Shown here: positions 1 through 11,815 of the stretch, in pieces
Position numbering within the stretch: the first letter of the stretch is position 1
Layout of the letters: every line of letters starts with the position of its first letter
From: Halocafeteria seosinensis
Taxonomy: Eukaryota
Assembly (NCBI GenBank): GCA_001687465.1
Contig: LVLI01000184.1
Span: forward strand, 1 to 49,015
DNA length: 49,015 bases
Reading direction: 5' to 3'
The notes under the pieces: generated by a model
Database searches by the model: none
The model's input: only the letters and a program-made list of their open reading frames with translations
Told to the model about the DNA's origin: nothing
Made by a program: the position numbers and the translations under genes

Positions 1-3000
1 TACTTTGCTTCCTGAGTCTAAAACCATCTCTGTGGCATTCAGTGACTCGATCTCGTGAAGAGTCAAACGACCATCACCGTATACCACTAATTCGTCAAAC
101 CTGAAACTTCCCAAGTGTTCTTCATCGACGCCGCCTTCCCCATACAAATCGACATGACCTCCAGGACCTATCCGCAAATTGTCATCACTCCCAAGTAGTC
201 CATGAATGTCCAGACGATGTCCCAGTAATGTCGTGTTGCGAGGAAGCAGTAAAGTCCCTTTTTCCTCTACCAGAATATCCGCAAAGTTTAGCTCGAAGGT
301 GCTAGCAATCCAGAAAGATTGGACTTCACTCACTCGCCACGAAGCGTCTCCGCGGTCGCTGTACGCTCGAGCAACGGGACTCCGAGCTGTTATATTTGGA
401 CTTGATGGACCCAATATATTCACATACACATCTTCAAACACTTCAAGCCGGCCACTTCCGTCTCCGGAAAACGACAGTATGTTGATCACCAGACCACTCT
501 CCCAATATTCCGGACTCCAGGGACGCATGCCACCAAAACGACTTCCACCACCTAAATATACTTGATCAAAGTTATACTCCGCATTCGCCACCGTCGTATT
601 CGGGAGCAACGTCAGAGGCGCCAACTCGCTGAACTTATTTCTCCCGTTATCGACTTCCAGTCGAAATTGGCGCTTGCCGTCTGCATAACCACCCCACGAA
701 GAACTACGAGACGCTAGTAACACAGTCCCGGCTGCTCCACGACTGCTGACGCTTAAAGCGCGTCCTCCTATGCTAGTAGCCGTACCGTAGAATGTAATAG
801 ATGAGTCCGTATACAAAGCAATTCGTCCACCGGAACCACCCGAGCCAGTAGGAACAAACTGACCGCTGATGCTTGGGGCGTTTCCCCCGTTTGAAACAAA
901 CTTCCCGTGGCCTTTCAGTTCATGAACAAGAACATACAGACTACCGCCGCTGCCNCCCCCGCCGTGAACGCTGTTGTTAGCTTGGCCATTCTGGCCGTTG
1001 ACAAGAATTGCACCATCCAGATATAGGACCGAGGACACACTCCCATTTAACACCAAGGCACCACCCCCACGCCCTCCAAGCTTAAGTTTGTCTTCCGTTC
1101 CTCCCCCACTTCCCGGTGACTTAGGGGCAAATAGATTACCACAGGACGGGCCACTTTTTGCGCCACCAGCAGTCCCACCAAGGCTGCCCCCGGAGGTTCC
1201 ATCACTCCCTTCACATCCAGCGTGAATAGCAGCCTCCCCCGTCGGGTATCCGACTTCGGAAACTTGCAGTGAGCTGCTATTGTCGATAAAAATGGTGTTT
1301 CCGAAGGATATGTCGATAAGACGGGGGAATGGGGGACCCGCAAAGACACTGGAGCCAGTCATCACATGCAGACTCTCCAGTTGCAGCGAGGAAATGTTTC
1401 CCACAAACTTCAAAGTCGACGACTGTAGCAGACGCACATTTCCGCCGGGACTGTACGACAATCTGGAGACTTCTCCACCGCAGTCGTAGCATTCAGCCCG
1501 CAAGTTGACGTTCCCATTCCCCACAAGGTCGTAAGGAGATAAGACCTCCAGGTGAGACGATACCAGCAAACCTACACCATCCACATCAACGAACGACATG
1601 CGAGTCACTCTGTGTCCGTAGTAAGACGATGCATCCACGAGCACATCCTGAGAACTAGAAGAATCTGTAACACCAACAACGCTGATGTTTCCGTGTCCCA
1701 GCGATGCTTCTTCCACAAACACAACACCTGGCGAAGCGGGATGCTCCGTCGAAGAGGCGGCCGAAATGATACCGTTGAATCGCGCATCGTACGATAATAT
1801 CGTTATTCTCCCGCCAGAGCCAGATCCTCCCACTGATACACCGTCTCCCCCACTCCCTCCGTCGGCAAGTATAGCCCCATCGCCTTCAAAGAGCTTTGTC
1901 TCAATAACAATGGTACCTCCACTACCACCACCGGCCCCCAAAGTCCCACTTACAGCACCCCCGTCTCCATTACACACAATTGTACCATCCACCCTAGTAA
2001 ATGCTTCACCAGAAAGCCCAGTGATAACCTTCAATGCACCTCCACCAGCCCCTGCTGCGGCCGATCCGGCAGATTCGCCTCCAGATCCTCTCAGCATAGG
2101 CCGATCGAATACTCCACATGCAGGAGAAGTAGAGTTACCTCCACGTCCACCAAGTGACCCTCCTGCTCCAGCAAACCCGTTAGAATTGGAGGCAGGTTTG
2201 CAGTCAGAAGCCGGGTCCACCTCGTTAGCACCCATACCACCTCCTGTCAAGTCAACCTGTGCTTCCTGATCTACCAAAAAACTCCCTTCCGCATACATTT
2301 CTAAACCCGGAGAATCGGCGTTACCAGCTTTGATAGAACTATAATCCATCAGCGTCACAGAGGTAGTCGAAATATTCCGTATATTGTCTAATATTAAACT
2401 CCCGTTGCCCGTCATCAATAAATCTCCCCACGCAAACATGCCGAGGGCATCCTCACTAAACCCTACTGACGAACGGTGCAGGAACAGCGAGCAATTATGG
2501 CCCAAATGCAAGTTTGTGGATCCTTCAAAACCACCGTATATGTGAACCACATTGTTAATGAAAGTCGTGTTGCCCGGAAGCATTATGCTGGACCCACGCT
2601 CGACCTCAAAATCTAGGTCTCGCACGGTCAAGCCAGAGGACAAATACACCTGATTGTAAGATACTAGTCGCTTCGCGGATTCTCCGTTTACCGTGGTCTT
2701 CTTAGACTCAAGAAGCCCGTCGTTCGGAGAAACGCCGAGTGCAACCAGCTGCGATCCATTGCGCAGTTTAAGGAAACTATCACCATCACCGTTGAAGGCG
2801 TTGACAATGACGATCAATAGATTGTGAACATGCCTGAATACAGTCGGTGAAAAGTAGGCACGACGGCGAACTGAAATATTGTCAATGAACACTCGTGATT
2901 CTGTGACGTCGCCTAAGGTAGTCACAGGGCCCTTGCATCCCTGGTTATCAATACTCACATTCGTTACTGAGGGATAACCTGAACCACCCGTAGCATTCAC

Positions 3001-6000
3001 AAAGACTGTTCCAGCTGCACCCGGAAACTTGCCACAGCCTCCACCTGCGACAAGGCTGCCTCCGAATGTGGTTCTTTGGGTAGCGATACTAATGCGCCCT
3101 CCAGAACCACTGCCTCCGTCCATAATCCCTCCACCGCTGATGTCACCACTGCCGCCAGCACCCCCAGAACTAGACAACGTACCGTTGCCGCCGAAGTTGG
3201 AGGTGAGCACTAAGATGCTTCCACCCGCACCTCCTCCACTGGCTATGACACTAGAATTACTTGAAGCAGAACCATTAACACCATCGACAGCCATTATTCC
3301 ATCAATAATGACCGAGGAATTTATGGTGCTATCCACTCTAAACAAGACAGAAGCGCCCCCAGCGCCACCTGGTATTCCTGTTTCAGTAGCCTTCCCCCCA
3401 CTTCCGCGTGTAGAGGGGTTATCGTACACGCCGCACGGCCCACCGACATCCTCTGACGACCTACCACCAAATCCAGCATGAATTCCTCCAGAACCAGCGG
3501 GTTGGGCACCATGAGCGCACGAGCTTTCCGGGTCATCATAGGAGGATATCATACCACCACCGGTGCCATCAAAAGAAGCAAACTCGGTTATGAGAAATGA
3601 GTCTGAGACCTCCACGTGCAGCTGAGGGCTCCAGTGATTCTTCCACGCCACTCGGCTTGAATCAAGGAGTTCCCATTGGAATACCTTCACGAGCTCAACC
3701 TCCTCAAGCTGTACCTCCACGAGATCCATGAGTTGGATGCGGCCGAAACTATATTGTCCAAGCTCCATATGACTGCTTCGACTTCTTCCACTTAGCGTCA
3801 TTGACCAGTCGCCGGTGCAGATCAAATCTTGGAAGTCCACAATGCTGTTGTCTTCAAGAATCAGTACATCTCGGGATAGAACGGTGACGGAAGGGAAATG
3901 CAGACTACTCCAAGAAGTGGCCACTATCACTGGTGACTCGGCAAGATCAAGAACCGACTCCTTTACTACTAATTGTTTCGTCAAAACATGTGAGAAGGAG
4001 CCACTCGTAGAGGTTCGCTCGAAAGTAGTCGTATAGCGTTCGAAGCGTTGGTTCGCACCTGTGAACGTGAGACTGGCGTTACTTCCGACAGTGAGGCTGC
4101 CACTCCGGTCGCCAACAATCCGCCGGACTCCAAACGATGCTCGATTAAAGTTTAAGGAGTCCAGCAGCGCGTGCGAGCCTCCGACCACCGTGAGGTTTTC
4201 AACCTGAACATGCTGCCCTCCTGCAATTTTCACATCAGTGACGACCGTTTGCCCAATTTCCCAATCGGATGTATTGAAGTTATCAATCACTAGATGCTTC
4301 GTGCTATTACATATAGCACAATTGTCTGTACCTCTTCGTTCCCATAGCAACTGGTGGCTGGCGCTATCTAGGGCGTTGACGAGGTACACAGTACCCGCAG
4401 CCCCATCCAGGCCAGCTCCAGTAGGACTCTTGCCACCAACAGCACTCAGTCGGCCTTCGAATTTGATTGCGTCTTCAGAATACAGAGCAATTCGTCCTCC
4501 TGATCCTCCTGCTGGTAATCCGTTTTGACCAAAGGAGCAATTTCCACTCCAGCCCCCGTCGGCACCAATAACGCCGACTCCGCTGATGCTGGGCGCATTA
4601 ATTAGAATACTCCCCCCTGCTCCACCCGCTCCGCTGGACTCGCAATCATTGTTATTTGTTCCGGACTGCCCGTTTACGGTTATCGTTCCCTTGATCGAGA
4701 CAGGTCCGAGAGCTTTCATCGAAATGGCACCCCCACCCGATCCTCCACTTTGAGCGACTCCTCCGCCTCCACTACCACCTAATACTGGCCATGAGAATGA
4801 GCCACAAGAACCGATTGTTCCACTTCCTTCAAAACCTCCGTGTGATCCTCCCTCAGGCCAAGAAGCATTGGTACATTCCACAGGGGCGGCGGAAGGGTCA
4901 TAGCCAACTCCTGTTCCATTAATCAATGCACCGCTTGCAACGTCAATATTCGACCCTGAATGCACTGCGATACTTTGGTCGAAGGTTAAAGCAGAATCCG
5001 ATTCGATAGTGAAGCCATGGACTGAGGAGACAAGTGTGGTGTGCTGTTCGCAGTCTACGATGCCTCCATCGAAGACTCTCCAAGATTCAAATTCATAAGT
5101 GCCACTGTGTAGGGTGTCTTCAAAAGCGCTACCGCTAGCACTCAAGCGCATCATTCCTCCAGACCCAATTCGTACATCGGAACCTGATTTTAGTCCCCCA
5201 TGAATGGTCCACTCTGAATTAACGACGGAGAGAACTAAGGGGACACGGCAAATGCCAGAATCATGAATGAAGACGTTTATTCCAAACGAATCAAAGCCAT
5301 CACCGAACATTGTGGTACCCTCCCTCCGGATCAACTCCAGCTCACTACGATATCCAACTTCGATGTACGAGGAGGGCATGGAAGAATTGCAATCAGCAAA
5401 CACAGTATGGACGCTAATAGCAGTTTCAGTCCCGGTGGCAGTCGCCCCTGTTGCCACATTCGCCCCACATGACACATCCATACGCTCGACTATCCGGGTC
5501 GGATCGTCCTCCACGGAGAGCCGCGTAAAAACGTCCGTTGCACCGGCGAAAAGGGGCAAAACCTTCAGATGCGCCTGCGTACCGTTCTTGGTGAATATCG
5601 TACCTGGAGCTCCCGGATACACAGCTGCTCCTCCTTCTGCTTTCAGGAGTCCACTGTAGGTATACTCTAGAGTCACAACGGAAATCCGACCACCTCCACC
5701 TCCTCCGCCACTGTCGCTATGCCCGCCGTCTGCTATCACTTTACCAATGCCGATAAAACGTTCAGAAACGACATAAAACGAGCCTCCAGCGCCTCCTCCT
5801 GCGCCAGTGCTAGCATACGCTGCAGTACCGGCAACGTTTACTTCCCCGTCGATTCTGACAAACCCTTCATCGGTGCTATTTGCCTCGAAGTATATCGCCG
5901 CACCCCCAGAGCCAGCATATGCACCATTTCCCCCAGCACCAGGGGTATAGGGGAACATGAAGTCTCCGCAGCCAGGGTAGCCTTTNCCACCGTCTCCTCC

Positions 6001-7086
6001 ATGTCCCCCGCCGCTGCCAGCGGAAAGAGCGGATTCATAGCATAAAGGAGAGGATGCGTTTGGACCGAAGCCCCTTCCTTCGCCGCTGACGCGCCCACTT
6101 TCAAGAACATGAATATGTCTCTCAGCCGTAATTGTGGTGTTGCCACTCACTGTTAGATTGCCGGCCACACACATTATATCCGTTTCGTAAGTTCCTGGGG
6201 GCAGGAAGCAACTCTCTTCTTCGCCAATCAATAAAAACCGTCCATCTAAACTACATTCTTCGCCATGTTTTTTATCATGCTGAGGAAGTCCAAGCAGAAA
6301 ATCACATGGGATAAGAAACCCTTCTGAAATAGTGGCTGTAGGAGTCACTGTCGGAGTCCAGGAGGGGGTAGAAGTCTCCGTGGCGCTGGAGGAGGGTGTA
6401 CCCGTAGAAGTTGGTGTTTCCGTTGATGACATGGTAGGAGTCTCCGTCGCAGAAGCTGTCGGCGTGTTTGACGTAGACGGTGTCTCCGAAGAGGAGGGTG
6501 TCTGCGTAGTGGAGGGTGTTTCCGAAGAGGAGGGCGTCTCCGAATTGGACGGCGTTTCCGAAGTTGAGGGTGTTTCCGAAGAGGAGGGCGTCTCCGAATT
6601 GGACGGCGTTTCCGAAGTTGAGGGTGTTTCCGAAGAGGAGGGCGTCTCTGAATTGGACGGCGTTTCCGAAGTTGAGGGTGTTTCCGAGATGGACGGCGTT
6701 TCGGATGGGGAGGGTGTTTCCGAAGAGGAGGCCGTCTCTGAACTGGACGGCGTTTCGGATGGGGAGGGTGTTTCCGAAGAGGAGGGCGTCTCTGAATTGG
6801 ACGGCGTTTCCGAAGTTGAGGGTGTTTCCGAAGAAGAAGGTGTTTCTGAGGTGGACGGTGTTTCGGAAGGACTTCCCGTCATGCTGGTAGATGGGGTAAC
6901 GCTATGTGATGCTGTAGACGTGGTAAAACGAACAATTACGAAAGACTGTCAGCTGTATTCAAATACTGTCCCAATTTTATACTTACGCGTTTCTGAGGGA
7001 GAAGGAGTAATACCACTCGCAACTGCAAAGGGGAGAGCTAGTCCCACGAGTAAAACGGTGGGAACCAGCCAGGCAAGTCGTCCCAT
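1..7086 (-). CDS. Gene A: giant secreted glycine-rich-module protein (3' end outside window; at least 2337 aa), two exons 7086-6987 and 6911-<1
   Basis: ATG at 7086 gives MGRLAWLVPTVLLVGLALPFAVASG (signal-peptide-like). After a 75-nt GTAAGT..CTACAG intron the frame reads a (ETPSxS)n tract, then five GG(S/G)GGRI-ended Gly-rich modules and part of a sixth. The reading frame at position 1 (..LHEIESLNATEMVLDSGSKV) is in phase with exon 2. It is absent from the ORF track, consistent with having no stop inside the window. Confidence 0.88.
6476..6872 (-). repeat. Coding minisatellite: ~22 x 18-nt units (ETPSxS) with a 54-nt higher-order repeat
   Basis: Plus-strand unit gagggtgtttccgaagaggagggcgtctccgaattggacggcgtttccgaagtt recurs at ~6512, 6566 and 6620, and in variants after that. 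It encodes a Ser/Thr/Pro/Glu mucin-like stalk. Confidence 0.92.
6912..6986 (-). other. Spliceosomal intron 1 of gene A (75 nt, phase 1)
   Basis: Minus strand GTAAGT donor, GCTGAC branch-like motif and CTACAG acceptor. It contains an in-frame TGA. Splicing joins ..PSET-P-SHSVTPS.. seamlessly. Confidence 0.85.
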
Positions 7087-8931
7087 CTTTCCCAGCAAAA
7101 GTTGCGAAAAAACAAGGTATTCTTGAACTTTTCCAGTTCGCTAGAAAATCTGCGGAACGCGGGAAAAACAGACGATACAATAAACAATTCTTTAAGGACT
7201 CACCAGGAATCCGTCCTCCAAGTTGAGTTAGCGTTCTCTGTTTGACTCCCTCGTCAGAAGACCGGATCGTTCGAGCAGAGACAGTCAGTCTCTTAATTGA
7301 GACCTTCTTGTCCCTTAAAGACGGCCTCTAGGGGCGGGTAACGCGATAGGATGCTCTTATTGAGAAGCACCGGCGCAACCACCTCCTCTTCTGGAGCGAG
7401 AAGAGCTGACGAGGACGTTCTTATGTTCGTCACAAAGGCAATAAGCAACCACACTTGCTCCGTGGAGCTACCAACTAGTGTGTTGCTTTGCGCCAGTATG
7501 TGTCTCTGTTTCTGCTTTCTTTTGTTGTTGTTTTTTCTTCCCAGAGTCTGTGTCTTTCTCTTTCCTTGGCTGCGAGGTGTAGTGGTGTTCGGTCGCAAGC
7601 AAACACTTTACCAGAAAAGAACACGCTGCGAGCGCAAAAAGACCAAAGAACCGAGGGACGCAAGTTCGCTTGTTTTGTCCTTGTAGTGCTTACACTGCAA
7701 GCTGCAACAATACAAACATAACAGAGTTATAATAGAGGACGAGCATCGAACTCCGTGTAACATCCATTGCCCCCTGTTCTTGGAGATCCAGAACTCGGTA
7801 TCTTCCCCTCTCGCTTCCCCACGGTGTTTCCCCTTCTCTCTTTGCTACAGGTCGCAAAATTGCGATCCATTCCACTTCAACATCCAGTCGTTGTGCGCAA
7901 TGGACGGGAAATATACAAATACGCAAACGACATCAAGGCTAAATTCTTTGCTACTTATTGCTGCATTGGCTGCATAGCGTCAAACAAGTGTGAGCATTGA
8001 TTCGGGCAAATTTAGCCGAACTTCACATTCGTCAGCTGAGAATCTCCGACGCGTACAGTATGGTAATGTGTTTGAATTTCTCCCACCTACCAGTGGTGGA
8101 ATTGTGACACGGTTGTAGAAGAGCTGAGAAACAATCAACCCTGTATTAAACGAGACACATTGCATATGCAATGTACGATCTCACCTACTTTCTTCGTTTA
8201 ATCCTGATACAGTTGTGCTTATTGAACTCCCGATGGAATTCGGAAGATTCTCCACCTTACTTGCAAACACGGCCACTTATTAACGAGAGGCGTACCAGCA
8301 TCGAAGGACTCTTACTTAATAAACGTTAATGCAAAAGGAACGGAACGTTCTTCTTTCATTATCGTGGTGGTGAGACAGCACTACCTGGAACTTAGGCTAG
8401 AAACCAGGCTCCGGAGTTGTTTCTTCTATCTTTCGTATTCTTCGCCTTATCCTAGTTTAATAAGATACCCACTTCGCTTCAACTTTCGGTGAAATCCGTG
8501 AGATGGCTCTATTCGTGAATCTGTTTCACCAGTTCAATTGCGCTCTTTCCTTTGCTATGGTCAGTTGCCGCGGGCACTGGAACTGCGAATGTCCTGTAAA
8601 GTGTGGAAGGGATGCGTGACATTACCTACCACTGTAAGTGTGATGCGTACTACGCTAGTTAGCCTTGACCGTAAATATCTACCGTAGGCGTTAATTGCTG
8701 CTTGGTTTGGCCCCCTACGTGGATGGCACCGGATAAAGGCCTAAGAACTACAATCGCTGCTCCATTACGGACGAACGAACAATCGGCTTCGAACAGTTTC
8801 TGAACAATTCTTTTAAGATGTCCGCGAGCTCCGCTCGGAGGTATAGGCATCGACCATCCATATCTGACAGCATGCCCTTCTTAAACGGATTTGTTTGAAG
8901 GTCCAGATCGTGAACTCTCAATGGGATGTAC

Positions 8932-8956
8932 GGAGCAATACTAATACACACTTGTA
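8932..8956 (+). repeat. Left copy of 25-bp direct repeat (candidate TSD)
   Basis: GGAGCAATACTAATACACACTTGTA, 24/25 identical to 13046-13070. Confidence 0.8.
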
Positions 8957-10429
8957 CAATTTACAGTACAAGTAGAGTTGTATTGTACAGAAATAGCCTG
9001 ATCATACTACAAGGGATCGTTCCTTTAAGTCTGCGGCCAACATCTGTACATTATACAATACAACAGCTTCTCGGTGGCCAGTTGGTTGAGAAGTGCTTCC
9101 TCAGGCTCGCCAAGCATATCCTGTTGTTCAGTTACCGTTTTACTCTGGTCATCATGGACCCCCAGAGGTTGCATACGAACCATAGTATAATCCCCAGTAT
9201 CGAGTGATGTTGTTGATCCACGGAGCTTATGGTATGGTCTGTCCATCGAGACGTTCCTGCGCGTCGCCAGCTACACTCTATATTGATAGGCTAAGGTGCG
9301 ATTCTCTCGGGACTGTGGTCACTAGACGTATGCCTCACTGGAATATCACCCTCTGGTAGTCATACTGGAGTATCACCCTCTGGATCAACTTAGATTTCCA
9401 ACAGGTCGATGAAGCGGGGTGTTAGCAATTGCTCGTTAAGAAGTAGCCGATGCTCAATAGCACAAAGAGGTAACTGAAGTTCTCTCCTTCGTCGCAACTG
9501 TTAGAAATTATGCAGGTGACCTGTCTGTTTGCTTTGTGTAAATGTGTATCACGATAAAATATAATTTATTCCAGGAGGGATTGCTAACAGGTTTCCAACA
9601 TAGCCAGATTGCCGTAGCCACATTTTCGTCGCCATGTGAGTGTGTAGTGATGCCCGTTTACATTTTCAACTGAGATGTCAAACACCATTTCGGTGACATA
9701 GACAGTGTATTTTTGCTTTGAAATTATTTTCTGGTTTGGGGATCGTTACTATGACATTTCCCTTTCTAGCTTCCGAGCATTGAGTAGGTACCGAAACACG
9801 TCGTGCTGACGCGTAAGTGCACCACGACCCGAATGTACCTGTACGGAAGCGTTTTATCAACCTACTACCAAACGTTGGCCGATGCGCCTCCTTCTCGTCT
9901 GTTTATTGTTGTGTTTTCTATTTTCGTGGATTCTAACAAACACTGGTAGTAGAATTTCTGTAGGAAGAACTGCGGCTGGACCACTACCGGAAGCTACGTG
10001 TTAGCAGATCAGTACTGGTTCAATAGTCGATGTTCTCAGACGAAAGTGGTCCACATAAATGGTGAAGCATAGTACTGTTCGGAAAAATCACATCTGTAGA
10101 CGTTTCGTGGTGTAGCATACGCACTTTTTTTGAGTATTTTCATCGCCGGGCGTAGGTTGGTCCATTTGTACGCATGCGTAAGACAGCGTCATACAAATCA
10201 GTAAGGAAAAGGATACTTAGCTAGACCAACTGCCAGCGGCCACAAACGCGGTAGATGAAGTTGGGAGGTTGGGTGACTACTGCATGATGGGTGACTACTG
10301 CATGACACGCGCCCCTGGCGAATACCATAGATATTAGATGCTTCCCTGACGTGGCCGGACGTTGGAACCGGAAGCAAAGGTCGAACAGGATTCGAGTGCA
10401 AGCACCGACTGAATCCTTGTGAAAGGACT

Positions 10430-10882
10430 TGTTACATCAAAACCATAGGCACTACTACGCAGGGAAGAGCAGTGCTTACGGAACTCGTCAACTGCGCCCT
10501 GAGGGGACAAATAAACAGCGAATCTGTCCTCCGGTCTGCAAAACTGATCGCACTGGACAAACCAAACTCGAAAATCAGACCAATGGCAATAGACGAGACC
10601 CTCTTCCGACTCACATCGCGGACGGTAGCACAAGAATTCAAATAGCAATTTTGTGAGCTCTTGGCGCCGCACCAGTTCTCCATCGGTACAGAAGGAGGGC
10701 AGGAGGCAATCACGCAGCTATTGACGAGCGATCAGCGACACGGGGGAGTAGCAACGATCTCGATGGACCTATCAAACGCGTACAACACAGTGTCCCGCTC
10801 TTGCTTCCTGGAGAAGGTGAAGAAATATGTCCCAAGCCTCCTGGCATACGCGCTATGGTCATACGGGGACGGCAAGAACTGA
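10430..10882 (+). pseudogene. N-terminal half of the non-LTR reverse transcriptase (internal TAG; truncated before QGDPL/YLDD motifs)
   Basis: Single frame ..VLTELVNCALRGQ..SAKLIALDKPNSKIRPMAIDETLFRLTSRTVAQEFK*QFCELLAPHQFSIGTEGGQEAI..DLSNAYNTVSRSCFL..YALWSYG. Confidence 0.85.
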
Positions 10883-10884
10883 CA

Positions 10885-11815
10885 TGGGAACACACACACA
10901 TATGTGACAGATAGCCCACCGGCCGGGGAGTTGAGCGCATCCTCTTGACGAGGAGCGGTATGCGCCCGTGTTAAGCAGCGACGGGCCCACTGTTCCTGCA
11001 GCCTTGCTGACATGCGCCGTGAGGACAACACAACACTGGATTTGCTCAGGAGGCATCGGGGGAGGAGCCATGCCTGCGCCAACGATGTCAGGATTACCGT
11101 CAAGGCTCAGTCTGGGAGGAGAAGGCCCTGAGCCTGCCACAGCGACGCCAGGACCGGTTGCAGCAGCGCAATTGGGATTAAGTGTTGGTCCAGACGCAAC
11201 AGTTGTGGCCAATGACAAGCCACCACCTGACGTGGGACGTGGCGCCCCAGGAGTTCCGTCCACCTCAGTTTCGTCAACATAGCCCAGATTGTAGTACATC
11301 TCTTGCTCCAGGTCAAAGAAGGTGCAGCTACCCAGGTCCATCTGCCCAGGTCCATCTGCCCAGGTCCATCTGAAGCCACGAAACCGGTTCCCACGTCCGT
11401 GCTGCCTCTGGGTAGCCCTTCCAGTGGACGAGGAACCGCTTGTCGTGGAGCCTGAAGTCGATAAACCTCTCGACGTCATCTACCGTGTGCGTAGCTCTAG
11501 GCGGCCAGTCTAAGCAAGAGAAACCATTACTCATTGGGTTGTTTGACGCGGTCTTAGCCAAGCGGTCGGCAGTCGAGTTTGAAGCCCTGCGTATGAACCT
11601 AATCTCTGCGGTCCTCACCATTGGGAGGTTCCTAAGGTGGAACCATGTAGTCCGTGCCCTCTCGAAGAGCGGGATGAGTTTGTCCTTGCGGCACTGAGCT
11701 TCGCCATTCATGTGATCCACCATCATTTGTGAGTCGCATCCCATGCGGACGTCCACCGGTGCTGGTGGCTCACTTGAGGATGCGTCAAGCGCATCGAAGA
11801 CCAGTTTCAAATTCC
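10885..11815 (-). pseudogene. Inverted fragment: C-terminal part of an RNase HI-like domain, chromodomain, Pro/Gly-rich linker and possible decayed Zn finger
   Basis: VRMGCDSQMMVDHMNG..C...LIPL..IRFIRRASNSTADRLA (RNase H, last two acidic catalytic positions) is followed directly by DVERFIDFR..KRFLVHWKGYPEAARTWEP..L (chromodomain). CPHGAC and WAICHIC remnants follow across frameshifts. Confidence 0.78.
11331..11372 (+). repeat. Perfect 3 x 14-bp tandem repeat (CCCAGGTCCATCTG)
   Basis: Seen directly. Removing two copies (28 nt) fuses minus ORFs 11328-11852 and 10859-11479 into one frame (WLQMDLG-SCTFFDLEQEMY). Confidence 0.95.

Noticed and set aside
956..5986. Ambiguous 'n' bases at ~955 and ~5986 as frameshifts
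   Set aside because: They are single-base ambiguities at third positions of Gly codons, and the frame is preserved on both sides.
6476..6872. CRISPR-like array
   Set aside because: The units are contiguous coding repeats with no unique spacers, there are no cas genes, and the context is eukaryotic.
6332..7126. 264-aa GVSEEE-repeat ORF and 124-aa FPKRR-repeat ORF on the plus strand
   Set aside because: They are antisense or alternate frames of the ETPSxS repeat. The minus strand has the signal peptide, intron and continuity with gene A.
7293..10200. Short ORFs in the A-B spacer (e.g. 7293-7598, 9025-9246)
   Set aside because: No recognisable domains. Several derive from low-complexity purine/pyrimidine tracts likely to be UTR or promoter sequence.
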